NCBI RefSeq assembly: GCF_030144855.1
Contig: NC_082721.1
Span: 81,964,001 to 82,028,000 of the forward strand
Length of the DNA: 64,000 nt
Direction of reading: 5' to 3'
DNA from: Hypanus sabinus
Taxonomy: Eukaryota
The notes beneath the pieces are model-generated. The model worked only from the letters and a program-made list of their open reading frames with translations, was not told the DNA's origin and made no database searches. Position 1 is the first letter of the stretch. Each line of letters opens with the position of its first letter. A program made the translations under genes and the position numbers. Of this stretch, positions 51,001 to 63,100 are shown piece after piece.

Positions 51001-51617
51001 GTAGTGTAACACTATTGCAGTACTGGTAACCTGGGTTGACTTCCACTGCTATCTGTAAGGAGTTTGTAGGTTTTCCGTGTGACTGCATGTGTTTCCTCTG
51101 GGTCTCCAGTTTCTTCCCACATCCCAAAGACGTACCAGTTAGGAGGTTAATGGGTCACTTGGGTATAATTGGGCAGTGGGGCTCGTGGGTCAGAAAAGCC
51201 TGTTACCATGCTGTTTCTATTAAAAAATGTCTTGCGCGTTTGTCTTTCTGTCTGCATGTGTATCTGTGTGTGTACGTCTCAATGTGTGTGGGTCTGTGTC
51301 TGTACCTGGGTGTACGTTTTTGCATGTGGAAGAAGGGAAAGGTGATATGCGGTGTGAAGGGAAAGGGGAGAGAGTGTGGTGTGGGACAAGTGGGTGAGAT
51401 TAGAAGGAGTTACAGATACTTCTTCATCACTCCACTGGGTATGTTTTACAGGGGAGCTGCCCGATACCAGTTCAGCCACCAGATCCTCAAAGACGAAGAG
51501 TCCTTCTTCGGAAGCCAGAAAGTACCTCGAGATCGGCGGATTTCCATTATTTGCAGGAACCTGCCCATCAGCTCAGAGTCAGCTGATCATCCCTCATATA
51601 CCCATGGTAATTTATAA
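36012..51617 (+). CDS. ALKBH7: Mitochondrial Fe(II)/2-oxoglutarate dioxygenase AlkB homolog 7: join(36012..36281,40681..40854,50194..50318,51452..51617), 244 aa
   Basis: [39 protein letters not shown] / [33 protein letters not shown] (HxD) / [19 protein letters not shown] / [28 protein letters not shown] (distal His, RxxxxxR). Phases consistent, 735 nt. The start codon is less certain than the rest of the model. Confidence 0.95.
36742..36778 (+). ncRNA. Putative minimal hammerhead ribozyme, best-preserved catalytic core in the window
   Basis: CATTC-CTGAAGA-GGGTCTCTGCCT-GAAAC-GTT-GACTT: CUGANGA box, stem II, GAAA box, NUH triplet. Stem I is partly decayed. Confidence 0.45.
37720..39420 (-). 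mobile_element. CR1-clade LINE fragment (RT domain to 3' end)
   Basis: [60 protein letters not shown]. Confidence 0.88.
39960..40520 (-). mobile_element. CR1 LINE 3' fragment; further CR1 fragments at about 3950-4370(+), 20750-21300(-), 23700-23910(-), 33990-34470(-), 41630-41920(+), 55640-56130(-), 57400-57930(+) and 63610-64000(+)
   Basis: [27 protein letters not shown] and equivalent motifs in the listed segments. Boundaries are approximate. Confidence 0.8.
44037..48897 (+). mobile_element. Internally deleted Ty3/Gypsy (Gmr1-like) LTR retrotransposon in ALKBH7 intron 2
   Basis: 5' LTR 44037..44787 and 3' LTR 48092..48897 (TGTTATG...CGTAACA/TA); 4-bp TSD TTAT; tRNA-Pro-type PBS at about 44790-44813; PPT AAGAGGGGAGG at 48081-48091; gag-protease present; RT and integrase not recognisable. 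Confidence 0.93.
44901..46648 (+). pseudogene. gag-protease of the LTR element (coiled coil, SCAN-like capsid, CCHC knuckle, aspartic protease), broken by a frameshift near 45200 and a stop near 45347
   Basis: ORFs 44901..45233 and 45398..46648: [60 protein letters not shown]. Confidence 0.88.
49401..49960. mobile_element. Tc1/mariner-like MITE; related copies at about 7768-8263, 14660-15720, 30888-31900 and 61335-61725
   Basis: TIR CACTCAGTGGCCACTTTATTAGG / CCTAATAAAGTGGCCACTGAGTG with TA on the left flank; the internal sequence is shared by the other copies. Confidence 0.7.
50395..50915 (+). mobile_element. Penelope-like element 3' end with hammerhead-like motif; related copies at about 1003-1127, 12430-12600, 16250-16620, 28183-28275, 34480-34975, 36440-36810, 56520-56730 and 58805-58930
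   Basis: Degenerate GIY-YIG C-terminal peptide [19 protein letters not shown] at about 50482-50540, pyrimidine-rich tract, TGATGAAGGGTCTCGGCCC-CAAACGTCGAC, and the shared tail CCTGCTGAGTTCCTC..GCATTTTGTGTG. Confidence 0.7.
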
Positions 51618-51740
51618 ACCAATGTTCATTTATAAGTTAATCCAACATGTGAGTTGTGCTGTTTGGTTTTGTTAGCAATTTCTCCCCAACTCTCACACTC
51701 GCTCACAGTAATCACACACTGGGCTGACACTACAGAGGCC

Positions 51741-51795
51741 TTTATTTGAACAGAGTGAATAAGTCCAAGCGTTTAACAGCAGTCTTTAAAATAAA
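51741..51795. terminator. Crossed polyadenylation signals: PSPN (minus, 51741-51746) and ALKBH7 (plus, 51790-51795)
   Basis: TTTATT at 51741 and AATAAA at 51790, between the two convergent stop codons. Confidence 0.55.
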
Positions 51796-52626
51796 TAAAT
51801 AATTTAGATACATAAATATTTCTGACGATATGAACCACTGGCGATCTCAGCCTCCAGCTGCTTGTTGCTGAGTCAACCTCCTACTCCCCCCCCCCCCCAC
51901 CCTAAACATCGAACTACCTTCGTCACAGATAGTGGAAATGTTAAAGAGTGCCAGGTTCAGTATAAATACTTATTGTATTTACAGCATTGAGCTTAGCGGC
52001 AGTTCAATAGGCAACAGAAAGTCTATGTTTCTCAAAAGTCCATTATTCTCTCCTTGAACACCACAACCCCCCCCCCCCCACCCCCCCATCCCCCTCTGAA
52101 ACCCTTGGTCCGATGAGGCATCAGTTCCTCATTCACCTCCTGTGTTATATCTCAAATGTCTGTCTGTCTGTCTCTGTGTGCAAAGTTCTTGGGCCGGTGA
52201 CTGCCGAGTGCGGGCAGTGTGGGAACGGCACGGTGGACCTGCGATCCACCCCTTCAACTGCTCACGGTCATGCTGACATGTTCCCAACTGCCTGCTGGTA
52301 CTGAAGCACCTTTGAGCCTCCAGCCCAATCCTGCTGAGTTGAGGAACTTGGGATGGAAAGGAGATGCACAGAAGAGAGAGAGAGCTCCACCATGTAGAAC
52401 CCTCCCCTCAACCATTATTCCAGGGACCGGTCTCAGTCATTTACCCCAACACAACCAAAGGTAACCTTTGGTTACCCTGTGGAAGTGGTTCCATTCATGC
52501 CCACACCCTGACCTTTGTTCTTCACCCCCAACCAGCTCAAGAATTTGCCTCGTTTGGATTCCCCCTTTGGTCTCCCTAAATTCCCCTCACTATCCCACCC
52601 CCCCCCCCCCCCCCCGCCACAGATGG

Positions 52627-54173
52627 TTACCCGATACAGCTGCACTCTGAAGCTGACAGCTTCTCCACCCTGTGCCAGCGGTTTTCGTTGTCCAGGAAGC
52701 TGACATCCTTGAACTGTGTCGGCCGGCAGCATGGGTCGCTAACGATCTTCTCTCGGGACAGGTTGAGAAGGTCGGCCTTGCGCAGGAGGAGGGAGAGGGT
52801 GAGGTCGTGGTTGGTGCGAGCCAGGGGGCAGCTGCCGCTGCAGTACTTGAAGAGAATAATTTCATCGGAGCGATAGCCCAGACCCAGGTCATGCACCCGC
52901 AGCTGCAGTGCCCGCAGCCGGCAGCTCCTCTCCTCCCACGCCTCTCCCTTCCTTGTCACAGACATTTTCCGCTTTCTTCGCGACCTTCCTGCGTACGGCT
53001 GTGGGTCTGAAGCTTCGAGAGACGAGACTGATGAAGGAGACGGTGAAATGACGAATTCCCCATCTGGATCTCCGTCGGATCGTTGGAGCGTACTAGCCCC
53101 CATCTCTGGCAAAAGCAGAAAATGAACTCATACAGTATTTCATTTCAACCATTTCATCAGAGGTTTTACTCACTAACCACAGAGCCTTTACAAGCAAAAC
53201 TAATGTCTCTCCATTCCCGTGTGACCAGCTAATCACAGCTACTCTGCTGGGTCTGGTGTTTTTTTAGATTAGATATTGAAAGAACATCAGGCTTCCTAAA
53301 GGATATTAGTGAACCAGACAGGTTGTTTATAACAATCCTGCGGCTTGTGGTTATGTTACTGATACCAGCTGCTTATTCGTGGGGGTTTATTTGAAGTTGC
53401 AGTGGAGGAAGCATGGGTGCATGTTACCCGGAGTAAAACTTTGGGGAAGTTTGCCTCTTTCCAACAAAAGCTACAAACGGGAATCCCAGGTTGACATCTA
53501 CTGGGATCACATCCCAGGCCTGTTTATGTAATCCAGATTCTCTGTGCAAGTGGAAACAGATCCCTCTATTCACCTAGGTAGGTATCTCCAGCAGGAGCCA
53601 TGAACCTGGTCTCCGTTCCTTCCAGTACTGGACATGGACTCTCACCCGGATGGAACTTCATTTGGATTATGCTTTATAGAATTAGTAATCTCAGTGCAGG
53701 TTATTTTATGAAACTGACATTCAATTATAAATACTTATTTAGAGGTACAGCGCAGAATAGGTCCTTCTGGCCCTTTGAGCCGCACCACCCAGCACTCCAC
53801 CGACCCGACCCTAGTCTGATCACGGGAGACTTGTCAATGACCAGTTAACCTAACCGGTATGTCTTTGAACTTTGGGAGGAAACCCATATGCACATGGGAG
53901 GGAACTTGCTTACAGAGGAAAACGGAATTGAACTCCAAATTCTGATGCCCAAGTTGTAATAACGTCACGCAAACATTACACTACTGTGACTGCCTGTGTG
54001 TGTTCGCACACTCTCTCACTCTATCTTGAAACTCGTTATTAGTGAACGTGTGAGTTTTACTTACCAGGCAGATGCGGCACTGGGTCACTGTCCTCTGGAG
54101 ATCCATTTCCCCTGGCTGGTTGATAAGCAATGGGAAAAATGACCAGGAGCGTTAGCAGCCATGGGGATGCCAT
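52627..54173 (-). CDS. PSPN: GDNF-family neurotrophic ligand, most likely persephin: complement(join(52627..53105,54065..54173)), 195-aa prepro-protein
   Basis: Exon 1 (not in the ORF track) encodes a signal peptide, MASPWLLTLLVIFPIAYQPARG, and ends in a phase-1 donor G|GTAAGT. Exon 2 has the furin site RSRRKR and a 7-Cys knot (CRL..LGLGYRSDEIILFKYCSGSCPLARTNHDLTL..PCCRPT..VSFLD..LSASECSCIG). The tail-to-tail position next to ALKBH7 matches the mammalian PSPN locus. Family membership is certain; paralog identity rests on synteny and motifs. Confidence 0.85.
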
Positions 54174-57100
54174 TGTCCCAGTATGCAGAATGCCGCTCCA
54201 CAAAAGAAGATACTCTTGCGATGACCAAGCTGAGTGAGTTCCCTGCGCTTGCTCTGAGTTCTTTATCTGATTTTAATTTCAGCTGCTCTTGCTTCGCTGC
54301 TGCTGGGTGTTTGTGATGGAGTGAGTGAATTGGAGTATTTAAAGCGCATCTGTACCCTGAATCCTTGCACTGACACATATTTCATACGACATTCCTGGCA
54401 TGGCTAGCCGGTGAGCTGCCGGGTGTCAGCAGGTCCAAATACCTCAGAATGTTGCAGAAACCACGTTAACCGTGAGTAAAGCAAATCTCATCCAGCTCCA
54501 GCCAATGAGTCACCAGCTGTAAGGCAGCACTACCTGCAGAGTCCTCCAGAGGCAGCACATGTCTCAAGACCGCTCCAGGAGGACCCTCCCTCGCATCGGC
54601 CTGCTTTATTCTTAAACTTCCTTAAAAGGATGGGAGTGGAGCAGAGGCAGCTCTCTGGCTCCTCTGTTAACCTTGGAGTTCCAATCTCACTTCAGAAATT
54701 TCAGTTCAATCCTCTTAAGTCTACACAGAGTACTGCATTCACCAGACCCTTACTGTAACGCACCTGCACATGTCCTACGTGTGAGCACACACCAGACCAG
54801 TGGTGCAGTTGGTCACATCCGGGTTGACCAGTGCACCTGGGTCTCATTTCAAGCCTGTGCCACACCCAGACCCTCATGCATCTGTCCTGTGAACCAGACC
54901 TATCGTACACTCATGCCACATTGAGAGCCCAGGACTCATCTTATACCTGTACTCACGTGATACTTCCAAAGCCCATCAGACAGTGTTCTGAAACCTCTGC
55001 ACGTCTACATTCTGTCCAGAGCTCTCAACTCATTCTAGCCGTGTCCAGTGCCCCTCACGCCAGAGTCCAGCACACTTGTGTAAATAATCTGGGCCATAAA
55101 TGACCTTGGACTTCAAAGTGGCAAGCAGCATTTACGATCACAGGAACCATCATCAACAATAAAATCTAATCATATTTCATAATATTGAGCATTCATCAGT
55201 CCCCTGCAATCAATGTCAGAGTTGATGAGGAACTTAACTGGACTGCTACAAGAGGGAGACGCGCCTCCTCTCTCCTTATCACCTACAGCATGCAGCAGGA
55301 GCGCAGAGAAATGTCTGCCATCTCGAAGAAATGCAAGTAACTAGTCAACAAGCATGACAGACAGAGCAGCTGGTTTGGATTGGGGGCTCATCCAACTGAA
55401 ACATACGTTCACTCCACAACTGGTACACAGTGCCTTCAGCGTGTAATTTGCTGAGGCTAATCTGGCAAGACCTTTCAAATTCTGTGGCCTTTACCATCAA
55501 GAAGTAGAAGCCTTTCAAACACACAAGAATATCACTACCACGTTCCCTCCACTTCACCTCATGTTCACTCACTCCTCACCTTGTCCCTGGAGCTATTGCA
55601 TTACAGGATGGTCCACAAGCCCAACCTCGTTACTTTTATTTAGAACATGGAAGAGTACAAGCACAGGAGCAGACTTCTCAGCCCACAAACCCGCTAAAAA
55701 GCCAATCAAAAGCAAAAACCCAAAAACCCAAAACTAATCCCTCCTACCTGCATAATGTCCACATCCCTCCACCTTCCTCACGGTCACGTGCCTATCTAAA
55801 CAGCTCTTAAAAGCCTCTAATGTATTTGCCTCTACCACCATACCAGGTAGTGCCTTCCAGTTATTCACCACTGTCTTGAGTAAAAATCTTACCCCTCACA
55901 TTCCCTTGAACCTGCCCATTCTCACCTATAGTGGTTCTAGACGTTTCTACCCTGACAAACGTGCTCTCTGTTCACGCCTCTCAGTATCTTATAAACCTCT
56001 ATCAGATCCCTCCTCAGTCTCACCGCCCCAAAGAAAACAGCCTAAGTTTATCCAACCTCTTGTAATCGCACATGCCCTCTAAACCAGGTAGAACTGTTGT
56101 AAGTCTCTCCAAAGCCTCAACATCCCTCCTGGCAAAACAGCAAATTTGATATCACATAGTCAGTGGTAATAACTCTGATTGATCTTTTGGACTAAGCACT
56201 GTGTAACTTGTCACCTACTCGTACCTTCAGTATGGGTCACCCATCACACTGTATATATAAACCATCGGCAATACATCACCTCCTGCATCATCTATCAGCT
56301 CCTTGCCCAGCACACCTCTCATACACACAGTGTGATTCGGATCCGACAACACGGTGAACCGCACCTGGGGCACAACAGAGAAGATGGCCAAGGACAGGTA
56401 GTCATGGAGGACCTTCATTGCTGCCCTAAACACCATCGGTGCAACAGGCAGTGACTAACTATTGCAATCCTGGTTCCCATCAAAATATAAATATCAAGGT
56501 AACGTAATGACAAGAGTAACAGACACAAAGTGCTGGAGGAACTCAGCAGGTCAGGCAGCCTCTATGGAAATAAATGAAGAGTCGATGTTTCGGCTGAGAT
56601 CCTTCATCAGGACTGGAAGGTGGTGGGGGGGAAGATATCAGAATAAAAAGGTGGGTGGAATTGGTCAAGGGCTGGACAAGAAGGAATCTGATAGGAGAGG
56701 AAGGGAAGGAGGAGGGGGACCTGGGGGTTAACAGAATGGGTTGTTCTGATTGCTGTACAACTGGCCATGGGTAATTCAGACATTAGGTGCCATCACACCA
56801 CCAGCAGATGACCCTCTGTTGGGTGCCGGATGGTTATTCAACAGGAATTGTCATCATCACTCAGGAGCAGGTTCCCAGAGCGGGAGAGCACAGGAGTCCT
56901 GTGGTGGGCTGGAGAGGAACAGTTGCTCTTCCACCGAGCTGGCTCCTGCAGCATCTGCTTCTTAGCAGACCTGGAATGCTGAGGGAATTCCTATGGACTT
57001 TCTGAAGGAGGTGCTTCACCCATCAATCCATCACGCACAAGATGCTTTTGACACGCACAACACTTTGAAATGCTCAGTTGAATTTTCCCCGAATAATCCT

Positions 57101-60100
57101 GCAGACTTTGCTCATAAATCCCTCAGCGCCCCTTGTCAGCCTTAATCCCTTCACAAATCACCCTTTCTGTTTCAGACAGAATATTTCCACCGACGAGCTC
57201 CCCTCGCTGTGACCGCAAGCAAAAGTATTAACAGCTGTAAGGCAGGAACCACCTGCCTGCACAACCATTGGTGGGAATGATCAGGACGGGTTGCGGTTGA
57301 ATCTGGTCTCAGCTCCCTTTGTTCTGTCCACCTTCCCCATTGTCAGGGCCAAGAGATGGTCTGTACACCAACTGATGTGGGTCTCCTGTGCAGAGTCACT
57401 CTAAGGTAAAGAAGGCTAATGCAGTGTTAGCATTCATTTCAGGAGGGCTAAAACATAAAAAGCAAGGATGTATTGTTGAAGCTTCGGTCAGGCTGCATTT
57501 GAAATAGATTAGGGAATTTTGGGCCCTATATAAAACGAATGATGTGCTCACCCTGGTGAAATTGATTCACAAGAATGACCCCCGGAACAAAAGGTTAAAT
57601 GTATTTGGATAAATTCAACGGCCCTGGACCTGTACTCAATGTTTTGAAGGATAAAGAGGCTGTTTCCATTAGTAGGAGAGTGTAGGATCTAAGGGCACAG
57701 CCTCAAAATGAAGGAACTGAGCTTAGGGGGAATTTCTAGAGCTAGATGCTGGGGAACCTACAGAATTCATTGCCACAACTGTGGAGGAAAATTACTGGGT
57801 GTTTTTGTTTCAGGTAAAGAATGATAGGTTTTTGATTGGTAGTGGGGATCACGGAGAGAGAGGAGAATGAGGTTGAGAAAAACGTTAACAATGATGAATA
57901 GCAGAGTAAGTTCAATGGGCTGCTCCTGTATTCCACCTGTGGGCCCAGCTGTCAGCAGGACTGTGGAGGAAGCACAACCACTGCACTGTAAACCCTTAGA
58001 ATCCTGGCTCGACCTACACCATACATTGAGAAAGCTGGTAAACTATTTACTGGGAGGTTAAAGTGTCCTGTGTGGCACACAGCTCCCCGTAGAACGTTCA
58101 GATCAATAAGGGAATGCTTTACCTGTATTACATTGGAAGCTGATGAAGGAATTTTCACCATTTCAACAGGTCTCTGAACACTCCGCCACACAGTCACCAA
58201 GTCCTCAAGTTTATTGTCATCTGACTGTACAAACACAACCAAACAACACAACATTCCTCTACACCATGGTGCATCCATGATACATATGTCTCACACAGCA
58301 CAGAAAATAAAGCATTACCATAAATATGTTAATACAATTCAAAGTGCAAGTGAAATGTGTGACATGAGTAAACAGTGAGCAGTACAGTAAACAGGCCACT
58401 GTCCTTGTGATGAGACCTCTGTGGTGGCAGGGTTACCCATCCTAGTCCTGATGCTCCTGAACCTCATTCCTGATAGTAATGGATCAAACAGATTGTGGCA
58501 TGGATGGTTGGAATCCTTAAAATTGTTCCAGCCCTTCATATACAACAGCTCTGGTAAATCCTCAGCTTCTGTACCACACAATGGTGCAGCCAGTCAGGAC
58601 ACTCTCGATGGAGTTCCTGTAGAAAGTTGTTAAAATGGGAACAGGGAGACCTGCCCGCCTTAATATCATCAGAAAATGTAGATGATACTATGCCTTCTTG
58701 ACTAATGAGGGGGTTCTGTGGTGTTTGCCTAACTCCTATAATCTCAGAAGTCTTCTGTCTGACGTGGAACAAGCCAGAATGCCCCAAATACCCAACCATT
58801 CCAAAACCAGAAGAAGGGTCTTGTCCTAAAATGTTGACTGTGTGTCTCCCTCTGCAGATGCTGCCGGACTTCTTGATCTTTGATTCTTCAGCAGTTTGCT
58901 TTTAGCTCCAGATTCTAGCATCTGCATTCTCTTATGTCTCCAAACACATATTCCAACACAAAAGGAGTTCCATTTCTCTGGATCCCACCAATCAAGGAAA
59001 ATCCTTTATCCAAATTCTGTCACTCCAGGAACTCCCTCTGCTTATATCCTATCAATCTGTGTAAACTTGAGCTCTGGTGGGCAGTATTGATGGAGTGGGG
59101 TGGTGGTAGGGGGGGAATTGAACACTGAGAGCAGAAGTTCTGTCTAGAAAATTTGAACTAGGCCTTTCAAGAAGAAAATGAGGGAACATCTCTTTCCACA
59201 AAAAGCTGGTGGAAATCTGGAATTCTTGCTCCAAAAGGACTGGGTGCAAAAGGACATTTGGAGCTTCTAAGGCATTGCATTTTAATTGGGAAAGGATATC
59301 AGAGGATGAAAGGGCTGAGTAAAGGATTTAAGTATCAGTTCCAAGAGCCTCATTACCTCCCAGTTCCAGGGTGGATATTCCACACTGAAGTACATTTGCA
59401 GGGGCTTTCTATTAAGGTTGAGGAATGGGAATTATTTTCTAATGGCACATTCTTGTGTGTCCTTTCACTGCTAAGGGATGAGAGCTTCAAAGACAGATAC
59501 TTCCTGGAATTTAACTCCTGAAAACCAGACCCTCTCCCTGGTAATTAAGTCTCAAAATTCAAGTAAGACAAAACCATTTTTGCTCCTTATTTTTCGATTT
59601 TATCCTCCTTTGGTCATTTTTCCATTTTCTGTATGAAGGGTCTGATTGAACTAGTCAACTGGGTGGCTGACCTCACGTTCCAACCATTCTGAGTCTTGTG
59701 ATGTTCACTATCCTCTGGGCAGTAAAGTGACCTTTCACCCCAACTCCCATCGACCTACTTATTGGCCAATCCTCTTTAACAGGCATCTCAGGCTACACAA
59801 TATTCAGCCACCTGAAACAGTGTCTGGTTACTTTACCTAAACCCTTTTTCCGCCAAATTTCCTCTTGATGTTATTGACTCTGAGAACAATCAAGGAATTG
59901 ATTGTGGACTTCAGGAGGAGGAAGTTGAGGGAATACAAACTCATTGAGCAATCGGCAGTGAAAAGAGTGAGTAGTTTCAAGTCTCTGGGTATCAACATCT
60001 CTGAAGGTCTACCCTGGGCCCAACATATTGATGCAATTACAAAAAGACACACCAGTGGTTATATTTCATTAGGAATTTGGTATGACACCAAAGACTCTCG

Positions 60101-63100
60101 AAAATTTCTACAGATGTACTGTGGAGAGCATTTTAACTGAGTGTATATCACCATCTGGTATGGAGGGGTCACTGCACAAGATCAGAGAAGGCTGCAGAGG
60201 GCTGTAAAGTTAGCCAACTCCCCTATGGGCACCAGCCTTCCCACATCGAGGATACCTTCAAAAGACAATGCCTCAAAAAAGCGTCGTCTGTCATTAAGAA
60301 CCCATCACCACCCAGAACATACCCTTTTCTCGTTACTATGGTTGGAGAGGAGGTGCAGGAGCCTGAAGGCGCACAGCTAATGTTTTAGAAATGGCTTCTT
60401 CCCCTCACTGGATTTCTGAATGGACAATATATTTTACTGTACTGCTGCCATTACACAACAAACATCATGATATAGTGTCCATGATAATAAACCTGATTCA
60501 GATTTTGATCAATTCCAACTTCTCCAGTCTTTCATACTAGGCACAGACCAATACATCCCTCAATATTCCCTCAAACTTTCCATGGCTAGAATTGGACTCC
60601 TATTCCAGCTAAGGTCAAATTAGTGTTTTATGAAAGTTCAGCATTGTCTTTTGTCTTTTGTACTAAGTTCAGGGTGTCAAATAATTCATCAGCTACCTGG
60701 TTAATTGGTCCTACCATGTTCAGCTGTTGCATACGAGCAAGTCTGGTCTCTGTCCTTGGAAAGCGGCATCCATCATCAGCAACTCCCACTGTCCAGGCCA
60801 CGCTCTCTTCTCAATGCTGCCATAAGGAAGGAGGTACAGGAGCCTTAGGTCCCTCAAAACCAGGTACAGGAACAGTCATTGTTATTCACATTCCTCCAAC
60901 TAAATTCTTTTCTTTGTCGCCTGCTCCTACCACTCTCCCGGGCCATGGAGTTATGGTCACTCTCTCCAAACTGCTCACACACCAGGAGATCTGACACCTG
61001 ACCTGATTCATTGCCTAGTACCAGATCCAGTCTGTCTACACACTGAATCAGGAATCTTTCCTGGACACACCTAACAAATTCTGCTCCTTGTAAACATTTT
61101 ACACTAATGAGCTACCAATTAATATTAGACCTGAAGTTCACCATGACAGCAACCTGTTATTTTTGTGCCTTTCCAAAATCTGCCTCCCGATCTGTTCCTC
61201 AGTGTCTCTGGTGCTATTAGGGGGGCTCTGGAATACGTCCGATAGAGTGGATTCTCCCTTCCTGTTTCTGACTTTCACCCACACTGACTCAGTAGATAAT
61301 CCCTACATGATCTTTGTTCAGCTGTGACACTACTAATGAAGAGGTTCAGACCAGACATCAGGATGGGGAATAAATGGGATCTCAGTGACTTTGATCGTGC
61401 AATGATTGTTGTTGCCAGACAGGGAAGTTTCAGTTTCTCAGAAACTGCTGGTCTCCAGTGATCTTCACACACAGCATTTTCTAGAGTTTACAGAGAATGG
61501 TGTGGAAAAAAAAACAAAATCCATTCAGTGGCATTTCTAAGGGCGAGAATGCCTTGTTAGTGAACACGGTCAGATTGGTTCAGGAGGAGGGGAAAGTAGC
61601 AACAGTGGTATACAGAAAAGCATCTCACACAGGATGTCAAACCCTGAAGTGAATGGGCTACAGCAGCAGAAGACCACGAACACACTTCATTAAGTACAGG
61701 AGTGCCTAATAAAGTGGCTACTGACTGCATGTGTAATTGTCAGTAAATTTTCCAGTCACGATAGTGTAGATGATTTGTATTTTCTAGAAGCTCCCCAGTT
61801 TCTGTACAGCAGGTGTCTCGCTGTTTGAATCTGGCTAATTCATAGGTTACATCTCATCAATGGAATGTGCTTTTATCTCTAATCTGAGTATGAGACAACC
61901 ATGGTTTCTTTTTTTTCCCTTCTTTGTAATAAAATGGCCATAACCACCGAATTTTATACCTCATATTGACTTCCGAAGAATCTCTGAATCCAACATCAGT
62001 CATACTTAAATAATGATCAGATGGGTTATGGGTCAGAGGGTAACAGATAACAGTGGCTGCAACTAGCCAGCTGCTTTTTGGGGTGGACGGAGGATTCCAG
62101 GAATTGCAGTGAAATGGTCACGTGCACTGAACCATTCTATGTTCTATGTTCTGAAGAGGCCAGGATCCCAGGGAATGATGGATTAATAAGCAAACAACAA
62201 ACAGAGTTTCCTCTCTGAGTCCCAGAACTCACCAAGTTAAAGCCCCCCTTCCATCTCAAAGGAACAATGGGACTTGTTTAATGCAATAACATGGTCTGTG
62301 CTCCAGCCACTCAACCTCTACATGAATGATTTGCATTTATAATTAATCCTTTGTGTCCACAAACATCCCATTTTGCAGCAGCATAATCTGAGGTCAAAAG
62401 CAGGGAATTGTAGCCACATGTCTCACAGACATGCTTCAACAGACCAAGACTTGGGGTGATGGTATCATTCTCTGAGGATAGCTGGAGTAGGACTTCCATA
62501 AACACAGTGGTGGCAAGAGGGCCAAGAGCCGATCTCATTGGCTGGAGCAAAGTGGAACTCCAGTGAAGTTCTGATGCATTGTCTCCTTGGCAGCCACATT
62601 CTTTTTCTCCAATAGCTGCCATAGCTGCAGTGAGGGCTCCAGTAAAGGCCAATGTACTGTTGTTTTCACTCCTAACTGTGTACTTGCATGTTAACTTCAG
62701 CTAAACAAGAACCCATCATATTCCAGAAAAGATACTGGTATGGACAGAAGCCTGGCTGACAGGCAGGAGACAAAGCAGTGGATGTACTCAGGGCCATTTG
62801 GGAGGCTGAAAACCACATAGATGAGGCGTTTACTGATCATAGTTGGGAACTTAACATCCAAGGATACGTATTGTATCGAAAATACATGTATCATTATCGG
62901 AGGATCAGAGGTGGAAAGGATTAGCAACTCAAAATTCCTCAATGTTATTATTTTGGAGGACCTGTCCTAGGCCCAGCATGTAAGTGCAATTACAAAGAAA
63001 GCAAGACAGCACCTCCTCTTCCTAGGAGTTTGCGGAGATTTGGCATGGCATCTAAAAATATGACAAAGTTCTATAGATGCTAATCTCCTCTAGTTGGCCC

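Noticed and set aside
62311-62652. 113-aa minus-strand ORF upstream of PSPN, checked as a possible exon of a neighbouring gene such as GTF2F1
   Set aside because: No recognisable similarity, non-ATG start and no supporting exon chain.
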